Assembly: GCA_000708835.1 (NCBI GenBank)
Contig: DF237128.1
Coordinates: forward strand, 95,907 to 159,906
Direction: 5' to 3'
Origin: Klebsormidium nitens
Lineage: Eukaryota > Plantae > Klebsormidiophyceae
Length of the DNA: 64,000 nucleotides
The position numbers and the translations under genes are program-made. The notes beneath the pieces were generated by a model. It was not told where the DNA came from. It did no database searches and saw only the letters and a list, made by a program, of their open reading frames with translations. Positions within the stretch are counted from its first letter, which is position 1; each line of letters starts with the position of its first letter. Shown here piece after piece: positions 36,501 through 49,102 of this stretch.

Positions 36501-39500
36501 CAAGAGATCTGGATTGCTGCTCCCGGTCGCCGCGAATGACTTCACTCTACGTCCCTTGCTTATGACGAGGCTTTGTTTTCTGCAGGGAGGGAGATCTGCA
36601 GGAGCTGCGCGGAAAGATCAGCAGGTTCCTGACGGGTGACTGCGGCCTGGATGCCCTCCCCCTAGACTCCGTCAAGCAGGCAAGGCCGCAACTTGACGCC
36701 AATACTTTCACATTAAATCTCTCATCAAAGTGACACATGGGCAAGTCAGGGCGACGAGTGACGCACGATGCCCTCAGCACCTTTTCTAGAGGTGCAGATA
36801 CGATGCGAGTGCACGCAGCCATTTTGCTATCAGAACTCGTCTTTTGCAATGCATAATGCGAGGGTGACGTGTGCAGATCAAGGAGACGTACCGACTGTTC
36901 AAGGAACTACACGTAAAGGCTCGAACCGAGGTGAGCGCTTTTCCAGACCTTAGACAAATGAATAACCAATCCGCCTTTTGGTTATGGAGTCCCAGCCGAA
37001 GGTGAAGATCAATCCAATGTTCAAGCCGGTATAGTGCTTGAACATGTAACCCCTTGCAAAACTCTCTAAATGCAATGCGTCTTGTCTGCAACTTGCAGAA
37101 AATAGTGCAGGTTAGCTCGAACATTGTTTAGATCGGATGCACTTCGTGGTCCATATCGGTGCCGGCATTTCAAGAAGCTCTAAATACATTACCTGTCATG
37201 TAAGGACCGGGCCAATTCACCTTTGATGGGCTTCCTCAAGGCTTTCCCCTTTTGCGTGTGCAGCTTGAGAAAGACCTGGCTACCGCGCGCGGGTCCCGGC
37301 CCGTCAGCCAAGGAACGTTCCTGCAGAGTCCGGCCAGCGGGTCCGGATCCGCCAACGGAATAACGTCCGCACAGTCCAACGGAGTGGGCGAGGTCGAGCA
37401 GAACTCCAGCCGAGTGAGCGACCGAAAGAAACCCAGGCCCGGAATGATTGCAAAATAACATGCTTCGTTCAGTTTCTTGTCAGGTAAAGAGAAACTTTTC
37501 ACAGAGGTACCATGTAAGAATGTCACGAAAGGTGATTATTATACTCGGGAAAGTGCCAAACCATATGGACACTGTAGAAGTACACAAGTTTGAGCCCTTG
37601 GAAGAGATGCTCCCAAAAAACGAAGTCGTCGGATCTCAGTCGCAGCCTTGTCATCTCGTAAACTGTATGAGAGTCAAGAAAGTGAAGTGTAAACCAATAT
37701 ATTTTTGAGACCCACCTTTTACCAAAACCCTAACCCAAACGTTGACCTGCTCCGATTCTTAATCCGTTCGTTACCCCCAAATAAAGGCTACCCGTCTCAG
37801 TACGCTTACCCTATTATAATCTTGACTTATGATCTGTCTTTCTTGATATAATGTAGAGCTTCCCGGTGGGCGAGGCGCCGACGGAGGCGCGGCCCAAGGA
37901 CGCCGTCTATTTGGACCGCAGCACAGCGGGTGGGGCGGCCAGCCCAAAAGCGGCGCCGCTGAACGGAACCGCGTGGCGGAACGCGGATCCGCAGAACGGA
38001 TCGCCGGAAAGCCCCGCAGCCAGGGAGACCGAGGCAGAGCGGAAGAACAGGGTGAGGCAGCTCTTGTAGCGGTTCTGGTGGATGGTATGAACGCAAACGG
38101 GTAGCTAGATTCCTATTCTATTCTTCGTAAATATTGATCACCTTGGAGGTCACCTGAATATCCGGAAAGTGTTCGCTGCAACAATATCGAGTGCAGAAGA
38201 ACAGCGTGCGGCGCGGTATTCTACAGACCGCAGGGATTTGACGCGCAGATTTTCTGTTTCCGTGCAGGCATTTCTCCAGTACAAGCACGAGGAGCCGGAG
38301 GGCAGAGCGGCGAACGACCGCCTGCAAGAGCTGTCCAACAAGATCAGGTGCGGGAACCGCTTTTCTAGAGAAGCTAGCAACATCGAATTGCATGTTGCAA
38401 GTTTAACGCGAAGCTAACGAACCCTGTACCTTGGCGGCCTCCTGTATTCTTTCATCAATGAGGTTCATCGAGCCTGAAGCTGCCACGTGGCCTTGTTTTA
38501 GGGAGGCCCGGCTGACGGTGCGCGAGCTGGGGGGCAAGGTGAACGACGCGAAGCACGAGATCGACGCGCTGAAGCAGACGCTGGACGCGCGCAGAGGCGC
38601 CGGCCAGGGCGCGCGCGCGCCGCCCGGCGCCGACGTGCCGGAGGACGCGGTCGAGGTGCTGGACGAGGAGCAGTTCAAGCTGCTGCAACAGTGAGAAAAA
38701 CACCCTTTTCTGTCTTGAGTTATCCTGTTCAATGCGATTGCAAATATTGATTGAGTCTTCCTCGCGCTCTTATAAAGCGCTCTGTAGCTACCACTTCTGT
38801 GCTTATTTGCCTGCCAACCTAAGGCGGTGCACAAAGACGGTGGCTTGAGAGCTCGCAGATTTGCGTGATGACAGTGTTGGCGTTTTCTCTGATAAAAGCT
38901 TTTGTTTGGGGCTTGGCAGGAGTAAGGCGGCCAAGGCTGCGTACCGGCAGAGCTTCGACCAGCTGCGCGCGCTGCGGGCGGACTTGGAGCACATGGAGGC
39001 CGAGGTGAGGCGGGGGGGGTGCAGAAGATGGCTCGCAGCGTCGAGTCTTGAGCAATCCGAAAATACCGGGTGTATTTTTGTTGTCACACGATGGCTCAAC
39101 AAAATTCACCCGTCAAGTACTGAAATGGCTGGTTGGCAATAATGCTCCTTCCAAGGGTGAGAAATGAACGGATGTGCATCCAGAGTCTGTTATCATCTCG
39201 ACCAACGCATCATGGGCTGAATCAAATTTTGTGCGCGCGCAGGCCGCGCTGTGCCGGCAAACGCTGCTGGATGGCTTCGGGCGTTGGTTCGACTCCCAGG
39301 GCCTGTCCCCGAGCTCGAGGGAGGGTCCTGGAACCGGGAGCATCGAGGCGTTGCAACGCGCGGATGAAGGAGTAGAGTCAGAAACTTCTTTCATGGTAAG
39401 TTGCAGAATCAATCGTCGCGACCATGTTGGCAACTAGGATCTCAATGGCTTTGTCGAGATTTACCATTTTTCCGGCGTCTGGAGCATCCGACGTTTCTTG

Positions 39501-39741
39501 AAGCGGCCGCTCTGTCTTGATCCGGAAGTAAGATGACGTTTGGAAGTTGTTCAGATGCTGAATACAAAAGATAAGTGGAGTTGGAGGCCAAATCATTTCT
39601 AACAAGGCGAGTTTTTTGATTCCGGCATCTCTCTACACGCTGCAGGGCGATCATGAGTCGCATGCTTACTTTGCGGCCCAAAAGGCGGTGGGGACTCAGC
39701 GGGGTTCACCCACTCATAAGACGACGCGGCGGGTGCTCTAG
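33542..39741 (+). CDS. KIF9: Kinesin-9 family motor (KIF9/KLP1-like)
   Basis: VRVFLRLRP, P-loop FAYGQTGAGKT, switch I SSRSH, switch II LVDLAGSER, HVTFRQTKLTSVLRDALGGNC, and neck RLERQVVELKQELAMKDTL typical of kinesin-9. KIF9 rather than KIF6 is assigned by eye. Confidence 0.88.
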
Positions 39742-40850
39742 CCAGTAGCGTTTTGGGAGAGCCAGGATAAAAGACTGTCAGTTATTACACCGAAAACAAA
39801 ACATGAACATGAATTGTAGGATACCACAAGAGACCCGGCAGGGGATCGACTCAAAGTTTCTCGATATGTGATTGAAAATCGGTCAGCTCGCTGATCCTCC
39901 GAGTTCTGGCAGTTCCCATGCGGCGTTATTGTCCCTCAGCTTTTGCGTCTCATGTTACGAAGTATCATTCAACGGAACATGTTGAAGTAAACGTTCAGCC
40001 GCAGTTGGGCCGCAAAAGCTGCGGTCTTGTAGTGGCGTGTGATGTAGAAAGGCAGATTCGAAACACTCACCAGTGTTCGCTTATCAAGATATAGATTGTT
40101 CCATTGTTAGCATGCACCTCCGGCGAAGATACTGTGAACGGAGGTTTTGATTAAGCTGTCCGGCATGCAATATGTTCTGAATGAGATCTGCCCGGGCGAA
40201 GCATATATATATACATGCAAGCTAGAGCTCACGTACTAACGGAGCCAAAGTGCTCTACGTTTTTGATCACATTTCCAGAGCGATCAGATGCGAATAAATG
40301 GTCGATGTAGGGACTGAAGCGGAACGGCACATGCAGGCTTCCATGACATGATGCATTTAAAGTTGACGAGCTCCACTGAAGCACGTCTGTACAACAATAT
40401 CTTTCAGTGATCCTTAAGATTGTATGTATTCTGAAGCCTGGCCTTTCACTCCATTGTACGATCAAGTATATAGCATTCCTCAGGAATTCTAGGATCTTCT
40501 TAATTGGCCAATTGTATAGCCAGTGCCCATTTTTTTTAGATTCCTCATGTCCTGGCCCCAGTCTATCTATGTAATGTATAAGTAACTATCTGCTTGTCAA
40601 ATATATCCCCGTATATATGGTACTAAAAGTCCACCACTTACATCACCCACCGTTGCGCCACCTTAGCTCGGTAAGCGGGCTCCCCTATAAGCACTGAAGC
40701 AGTTGATTCAGCAGTATGTTATTGGTCAGTATCAGCACTTTTCTACCACAGTTTCTAGGGCATTAGTATATGTTAGCAGGCTGTAAGATCGAAAGAATCA
40801 GTAACGTGTACCCTACTGGAAAAGAGCCGCTTGACTACGAGTTCTCCCAG

Positions 40851-43800
40851 TCACGTCGGCACGGGCTTCCCTGCTGCCCCGCTCCGTTCCCGCTCCAGAT
40901 ACGCCAGCACGGCCACGATCAGCGCAATCACCCACAAAATCACAATCACGGCCGCTGTCCTCTCGCACGCCAGGCTGTCCCACCAACCCCAAACGTCCAC
41001 GTGGAGGGCTCGGCCCCCAACCTCGTTCAAAACCTCGCTTTCCACTTTCGTCATCTCCAAGAACTTCACCTCCTTCCTTTTAGCGCCCGAACGGCGCTTC
41101 GCTTTGCCTTTCTCCACCCCAGTGCCGCTCGTCTGGACCTTCCCGGTCTCCGCTTCGGCCATTTTGTGCGCGCGCGTTTCGACAGGCGCGGCCGCGTTGC
41201 GCGCCACGAAGGAGACCGTGGTTGGGGCCGTCAGCCGGGGACTCTCCGCCAGCACCAAGGACAGCCCCGGGGCATTGGCCCCGGGTGAGGGGCACACGTC
41301 GGCGTCGTACAGCGGGTTTTTAGACACCTTGAGTGCGAGCCCCGGCTTCTCCGATCGCCCAGTAGAGTCGACCTCCGCGCTTTGGACGGTTTTCCCTCCC
41401 GCCAAGAGGACCTCGACGGCGTTTGCGGGCAGCACCAGACCGTTCAGCTGCCAATCCAGGCCTACGCGCCCGCCCTTTCCCGATGCGACTCGCTTATCTT
41501 CTCCGCTCTTGCCCTCTTTTAGCTTGTCCTGAGACTTCTTTCCATCCCTCTTCCCCACTCCTTTATGTAGTCCTGCGCCGTCTGGCCCATCTTTCAGCCC
41601 TTCGCTCGATCCGCCGACGCAGATCTTCTCGGTGTCGTCAGGAACTTCCGCACCTGCCGCGCCGAGCTTGGTTCCCACGCTGCTGACGTCATCTTCCGGC
41701 GCTGGCAGACTCGCCCACACCTCTCGCTTCTTCAGTGACTCGGAGATGACGTGCTTATCGACCTCCGGCACCTCGACCTCGACCACCCGAACCTCTTCCG
41801 GTTCCGCGCCGCCCGCCACCCGAGGGGATTTTGCACCCGCGGCCAAGACCAGGGCGAACTCTTCCGGTTCCTCGACGAAGAACCGGGCATCCTCTTTGGA
41901 ACTCGGAGCATGATCATCCGCCTTTCCCAGCTCAATGACCTGCGGTGCTGCCGGCTCTTCTGCGAGCACACGGGGCGAATCCGCCGGTTTTCTCTCAACC
42001 GCCGGGGGAAGGAGAGCGACCTGGCGCCGGTCTTCGGCGACCTGGGTTCCGCTCGCTTCTCCCGCGGCCACCAGGGGCCATTCTCCCCGGACCGCAAGAG
42101 TACGCACCTTCACTGGGTCGTCGAACGGTAAGTCGGCCTTGCAGTTGAGGGCAGAGAGGATAAAATCCTGTGAGGAGAAGAGTAGCAGCTGACCATCACT
42201 ATCAGAGTATTTGTCTTCAAGGTTCATGAGCTGGTGTCTAATGAGTCATGAAGACAAATAAACAGATTCCTCAAGCTGGCCGTCGCACGTCTCGGATGGA
42301 TATCAATTGATTGAACGGAGGTTGGCGAAGCATTCGAGCCATTGGTGTTCGTGTAAGCATCATCTAAAACTCGTAAGCATACACAAGCAGCTCTTGAAGC
42401 CTGGAAATTGTCGTCGAGCTCCTCTATTCAGCCGTCCTGTCACATGGATTCCGCACATGTACACTCAACAAAGCCAGACATTCACGAACCTTGACGTGTC
42501 AAAAGCATCCGTTCCCAGCCGCTGGGACAGCCTCAGTCAGCCCGCATCGGCCGGCTCTCACCTCTTCTTTCTCAACGAGGGCACCAGATGCTGCCTGGCC
42601 CACAAGTTCCTCTTCAATCAGCTCACAGGCATCAGCCCCGCCCTTGACCCCATTAGACCCGGTCGTACCTCCGGCCAAAAGCTCCACGCCGTTCAAAAGC
42701 GACCCCCCTTCCACATAGTCGATCCCCCGGTCCTCTCCCCCGGGCACCAGCACACCATCCGTCCAGTCTTCGCTTGGCTCCTCGCTTTTCACCCCGAGCA
42801 CTGCCCGGTTCTCAGGGGTGGCCCCCTCCCCTAGTTCTCCCACCATCTCCTCTTCCAGGAAGTTGCTCAAGTCCTCCGAGAAGGGGACTCGCCCGGCCGA
42901 ACCGTCACGTTCTGCCACGGTTTCCTTCTCTGCGGTTGCCACGTAAGGCTCAGACGCTACTATAGCCACCGGCTCTTGTCTGACGGGCTCAACTTCGACC
43001 ACTGAGGAGCCCACGAGCTCGTTCGCGACGGCAGTCTCCTCGATCTGTTGAAAAGAACAGACATTGTCAGACGGCTGAGAATCACTTAGGCTCACCATTG
43101 CGCATTTCGCAATAAGACGACGGACCTACTTTACCTGGTCTTCAAGAAGGGAAGGTCAGGGTGTTGCCGAAAACCTATGCGACCTTCACGGAAGTCTGTT
43201 TGTTTTTGGACGAAGCGTCGAGCCCGCATTCTCTCGGGAAACAGCCCTCAAAGTAACCACAGATCATTCATTCCAAGAAGATTTAACAAGAGCGAGAGAC
43301 CAAGTCTGATTCGGGCGGGCTGGCTCTCTCTCGTTTCCTTTCCAAGCCATGTGCGCAGCCAAACTTTATCACACTGACCTTGTCTGACAATAGCGCAGCT
43401 CTTACCTTCTTAAAGCTAAGTTCAAGGGACTCGCAGAACTCCGTTGCAATAGGAACGGTCTCCAGCGCCAGCTCCAAAGCCGCGCCTTCCGTCATCAGCA
43501 GCGGATTGTCTGCCCTCTCTAGGCCGGCACAGTCGAGCTCGCTTAGGGCAGCGTCGGCCTCCAGCAACTCGGCATCAGTCTGAAGGGCGACTTCGTCCTT
43601 CTCCAGGGACAGCCTCTCTGGCTCAACGGCAAGGTGCCACGTCGCCGCATCCGACCAATCTTCTGCGACTTGGGCCCCAATCTCAGTCTCTGCCCCTGCG
43701 CCTCTCATTGCCCCTACGCCCACACTCATCACTGCTGTGTCCAGTTCTAGGACGGCCTCTTGCGGCGAGGTGTGAATGCTCTCCTCCACGGATTCTCCTT

Positions 43801-46003
43801 CCTGCGGGGCCTTCTCCTCGCTGATGTCACCGTCCTCCTGCAGTGACGTCACGGTTGAGCTCCAAATCTCTTCGTCTCCGTCTTCCACAGCCTTGCTTGC
43901 CATCGACCACGTTTCTTCTACCTCCGGTCTTTCTGGCTGCCCCGCAAAATCATCATCACCAGCCGACCACCCCTCCGGCGCCTCGTCTGTCTTCCACTGC
44001 CCCGGCGCCTCCGCCAAGTCCCACCCGATGCCCCACCTCTGCGCATCGCCCACTTCGAGCTTCTCTTTTTCCTCAATTTGCCGCATCCGCCAATCTGAGG
44101 CCTCGTCTCCCTCCATCTCGTCCTCATTCTCGAGCACAGAAACCACTGAGGTCCGCCCCTGCAAGGCCTCCCCTTTCTTCCCGTCCACCACCTGGATGAG
44201 CGAGTCTGCGGTTTCGGAAAGGGACTCTGTTCCCTCGTCCAAAAAGCTCTCCGCATCTTGGAACCCCACATCTGCCTCCTCTAAAGCGCTTTCGGGAGCC
44301 GTTCCGTTCTGCTCAACGAGCGCTGCCTCCACTTCGACTCCTGCTTTGCCTGGCCCATACACCGCCAAAAATGCTGGTTCAGCCGCAATCGCGCCCTCTG
44401 CCATTCCTTCGCAGATGATTGCTTCCTTGGCGGCTGCTTCTTTTTCTAGCTTCGACTCTTCCAACCCCTCAGAAGCGCCATTCTCCACCCCAGCAGCCTC
44501 ATTGGCAATCACCACAACAGGCACTGCCACTGTAATCTCCGTTTGCTCGCCCGCCAGCTCCAGAGCTTTGACTGGCCCGTCCAGGTACGCGTCTGCACTT
44601 GGCTCCGCCTCACTTTCTTGTGCCGTCTTCTTTGTCACGCTCCGTAGCCGCTTCCTCAGCTTCTTGACACGTGGCTTCTTTCCCAGCTGCTTTGCTTCCG
44701 ACCCTGTCTCCCCCGCTGCTTCCACCTCCTGCTTGACCACTTTAATATCGCTGTTCCCAGGCACGCAGTCTTCCCCTGCGACTGCGACAACGCTGTCTAC
44801 CCGTTTCACTACTTCCGTCTCTGCCTGAGCCAAAGTGCTCTCTCTCCTCTCCTCCGCTACCTCAGCATGCATGACAAAGCTGCCCCCTTCTCCTGTCCCA
44901 ACAAGCTCGCTGGCTCGGTTTGTAGAAACAAACTCAGAGTGGCTCTCCTGAGACCCCTCAGTTCCATTGTTGACCAACGTGGCATTGGCCTCCGGCCTCA
45001 ATTCCTTCATCCAATGCTGATGGCTGCCAAGCAGCTGAGTGCTGACTGCCACTTCAGCCGAAGGCAGACCCATGGCCTTCACAGGACTTGTACCTGCGGT
45101 GGGGCTGGGCGCCGGTCCTTCCAGCACAACAGCCAGACTCTGGACCATCTCCCCCTCTTGGGCAAACACTTCTTTGCTTTCGCCCTCACTGACAGTTCCC
45201 TTCTCGCCAGCTCCCAGCCCTGCTCGCTCTGCCAGCTTCTGATCTTTTGTTCGCTGTTCCTCGCTGTTCGTTCTGGCCTCTTCTCCGCTTCCTATGGCAG
45301 ATCCCTCTTCACCGCTTGCCTGGTTAGCTTCATCATTGATTCGCCGTGGCGTTTCCCGCCTCCTTCCAGACAGCCCCTTGTGCAGCGCATACAGCCCCGC
45401 CAATGCAACCAACCCAATCCCCACTTGCGGCAGCGGCACCTTGGACCCCTTCCTAATTGGTGGGACAACACCAGCTGGCTTTGGCCGGACTGGTTCTGCC
45501 GGCTTCACCGCATCAGGTTTCTTCACAGGAGTAGGGCTTGGATTGCTTTTGGCAGGTGCCGGTGGGGCCGTCTGCGCTGCGCTTATCGTGTGAACGGGCG
45601 CCGCAGCTGCCTGGAAGCTCTTCACAACGGACTCTCTGATGACGGTGCTCTGCTCTGATTCCTCAGCCGCGCTCATATGCACCCCGGTCGGGATCGAGAT
45701 CGTGACATTGATGTTGACGTCCTTCATCATGGGCTGCCTCTGCGTCGTCACCAATTTCTGGGTGGTCGTCAATTTTTCCATCGCCCCGTCCTGACTCGCC
45801 ACACTTTGCTTCTCTGGCGATGTGAATAGGCTCCTCACGCTCTCGAGCCCTCCTGCCAAGCCAACCGTCGGACCCCCCCTAGCTCTCAATCGATCAGCGC
45901 CCTCTTTGTCGAGGTACTCCACAACACCACCTGTGAGAGGCGTGACCGACCCAACAAGAGCAGACATAAATCCCCTCCGGCTGCCGAGCCTTGCTAGCAG
46001 CAT
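40851..46003 (-). CDS. Large (about 1,450 aa) Glu/Ala-rich, probably disordered protein with an internal and a C-terminal hydrophobic segment; exons about 46003-43406, 43044-42562, 42167-40851; start uncertain
   Basis: Three long acidic ORFs join in phase at AAG|GTAAGA, GAG|GTGAGA and CAG acceptors. Hydrophobic segments are VGIGLVALAGLYAL and AVIVILWVIALIVAVLAYL, the latter 15 aa from the stop. No family recognised. Confidence 0.7.
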
Positions 46004-49000
46004 GCTGTGGGCCGGCAGCAAGCCCCGGTGCTGCCGCGGGGGACTAGAATCCACGGCATTGTTTGAGCTTGACCCTCATATGCAGACAACAGGTTGATTC
46101 TCGCGTTCTTTATTCAGCAGATCTCGCGAGGAGAGAGCAATGCCGTGTACTTTTTGGACCGTCCATGTCAGCACTCTCCCCAAGGACGGTGGGCAACTCT
46201 CAGGATTGAAGATGGATTCCGGAAGGCAGTGAGAGCTAGCTCTCCAGCCCCGGAGCCTCCTTGGAACTGATTGGGCTCGAGCATGACTCCTGATCAGCTG
46301 ACACTGACAGCTGCCAGCCAGTCAAGGACCTTTCAAGACATGACGTTCAACGGGTTCAGAGGTAACCCTTTTAAGCAGGATCAAATAGCTTCAGTGGTTG
46401 GCCGACAGCTCCAATGCAGGGCAACTTTGCAGTTGGGGGTTGAAACGCTGCCAAGCACCACGTGACGCTTTTGTTGGCAAGCTAACATCCTATCCAGAGT
46501 AGTAACCTCCTACAACAGCAACCTCAGACGACCTCATTAGGTTCTTCAAAATGGATCTTTATAAAACAAGCTCGCATCTCTCGGGCAAAATGCTCAAACC
46601 CGGAGCAGCAGGTGTTAACTCTTGGGTTCTGTTGACAGTCAGGGTATCCCTGTGAGGCTGTCGCCGTCGAGCTGCACAAACCTATGGTGGCCGGGCCAGT
46701 TACAACTTACCAGTAGCTAGATCATGACTGCAGAGCGCGGCCACACGCCGGCCGAAGGCCACCAACCTCTGACTATCGATCACGCAGAATCAGCTCAGCT
46801 GGCTAGCAGCGTGTACACAAATGCATGCGCGCTGACGTTCCATTTCATCCCTCCCGGCGCGCGGCCGCGAAGCCGTGCGAACCGGGCCGCCCGACAGCGC
46901 GGCCGCCCGGGCCCCCGGGCCGGGCCCCGGCCCTTCCGTACAATCCAATCATGCCAGCATGTTGTCGGAACCGGCCGGGCCGCGGCCAGGACGGTCACAC
47001 GCACAAGGCGGCCGCGCGCATTGAGGCTTAAGCAGTGCATGCCGCGCATACAAAGCTTCGCAAGGCTTAGTGAGCCTGGCGTGCTGAAGCACCCCTTTCC
47101 GACACTCGGAGGCTTCTCAGAGACATAAATAGTGTGTTCAAGATTTCCTATTTTACAAAACTCGTACGCGGATAACACATGGGTATAGAAGGAGTCATTG
47201 TCGTGACCTGAGATTCTGCTGAAACTCAGAAGTTCTGCATTTGGCATGCGCCGAAACAGTCGAGAACGGGTCGAGAACGTCGTACTTGTTTCTCGCGATG
47301 GGCAACAAGAACGCAAACATTGTATCATCCATGAGGAAGCCTATGGCCGAACTGGTACATTGGCTATATGGCGTGCGAAAGGAGACGCGACCATTTCTTC
47401 ACACGTATACTCAGTAATTACACTGTCATGCTATATGACCCTAGCATATCAGTGGGCGCGTATCGATCAACCAGTGACTGGGTTACTAGCTTGTTTCTCA
47501 TGGTGCCCGATACCTTAACAACTGCTTGTATAGCAATGACAAATGTGCCGGTAAACATTTCCACCGTCCTTTCCTCTTCGTCGAATTTTGGCCGACATAT
47601 TGGCTAGCTGAACTGAACTAGAGTCGATTCGGTCGACGTGCTTTGCAAGCAGTTGCTCAGAATGACTATAGTCTATTCTGCAATACCTGAAGTGTCACTG
47701 AGCATGGCACGAACCCGAAAAGTAATCTAGACTTCCACGCGGAACGCCCGATTGCAAAAACATCCATCTGTATCCCGCTTCCGTCCGATCTTGCATCGTT
47801 GACCTCAAATCAAGTTTCAACCGCCGATATTACTAAAAGTGCCCGGTACTCGTAGCCGGTAGAGTTCGATTGTTGAAGGTCCTAATCTGAGGCCGACTGG
47901 AAGCACTCTGTAAACTTCAGCCAATGCGGGATGTAGCTCACACGTGCTCTGCCATTTTGAAGATCCGGCTTTCCGCGTGTTCCGTGGTAATCGCGGGCCA
48001 TCTCTTGTCGGCATAAGCCTCGAGGTACGGTGGACTACCACACTTGTTTTACAAGATTCGGCCACTTTCGTGTCCACCATGATGAGTACGGTGGACATCC
48101 AGTGCCCATGATGAATCCTCAACAAAGTACATCAAGCACCTCAGCTTTTACACAAGGGGCCTCACAATTGACCCCGAGCCCTATGAAGCCCGAATTGTGT
48201 CAACTTGCAATAAGATCTCCACTTGACCATGGTCTATTCAAGACAACCGACTTGACGGGCTAATTCGACTTTAGAGCCTCTCAAACGGCCCGAAGCGATG
48301 AAGATACTAGGGCAAGAGACATACTAAGAATATACAGGGTGGACTACTCCACAAGTTTTACAACTTCAATCTTTGTTCTTGCTCACAACGGAAAGCACCT
48401 ATCTATTGAGCAACAATCGACGTACGTGCTTGACGTCCTGCATCGGAGGCCGCTTCTTGAAGCGCCGTTCCGAATGGAAGCCAATGGTCCCGCGAGTAGC
48501 CCCTAAAGGTGGGGGGCCGGGACGTGCGAAAGGGGCTTGTCCGCTGCAGGTCAAGCGAAACTGTCAGCTGATGGGAGACTGGGGTGTGCAACGCCAATCG
48601 TAATGTGAACTAGTCCAACCCCAATCTTGGGAGTTTCAAATCTTCTACATTTTTCAGAATACACGAGTGAAGCGGTGACAAGAGGGGTATTTGTGACTCC
48701 TTGCTTCAGTCAATTGACAGTACCATCGTGTTGTAGCCTGAGGGGGGAGACGTGTCGCCAAAGACCTTGCTCTGCCGGCTGGCGGACGAGAGAATTCGGG
48801 AAATGCTATCGAAGAGTCACTGCAACGACGCTATAATCCCGTCAAACTACAAATTCTTGTTCTGGAACTATTTCCACACGCGCCAGTGGGCCTTGAGACA
48901 ACGGCAGGCAAAAGACCCTCTCGCGCACACAGCAAGAGAACGCTCCTCGCTAATCCCCAGATCAAAAGACCGAAGGCGAGTACTCAACGCTTACGACGCG

Positions 49001-49102
49001 AATCTGCACTTCAATTCGTAGACCAAAGCGACCAGAGAGAACCTCGTGCCCCACATCCAAATTTCATTAGATTTTCACGAAGGCAGACAGCTGGCTCTAC
49101 GG

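Noticed and set aside
37720-37740. AAACCCTAA telo-box-like motif in a kinesin intron
   Set aside because: Single copy, not an array and not near a TSS.
39275-39300. GGTTCGACTCC resembling a tRNA T-loop
   Set aside because: It lies in a kinesin coding exon and has no cloverleaf.
43980-44100. DWRMRQIEE and QWKTDE as Chlamydomonas-type Rubisco-binding motifs
   Set aside because: They lack the hydrophobic residue at +4 of the W[R/K]xx-hydrophobic-acidic consensus.
43776-44828. 350-aa Ser-rich plus-strand ORF, and similar long antisense ORFs over DML, TPX2 and PARP exons
   Set aside because: Antisense shadows of GC-rich coding exons on the other strand.
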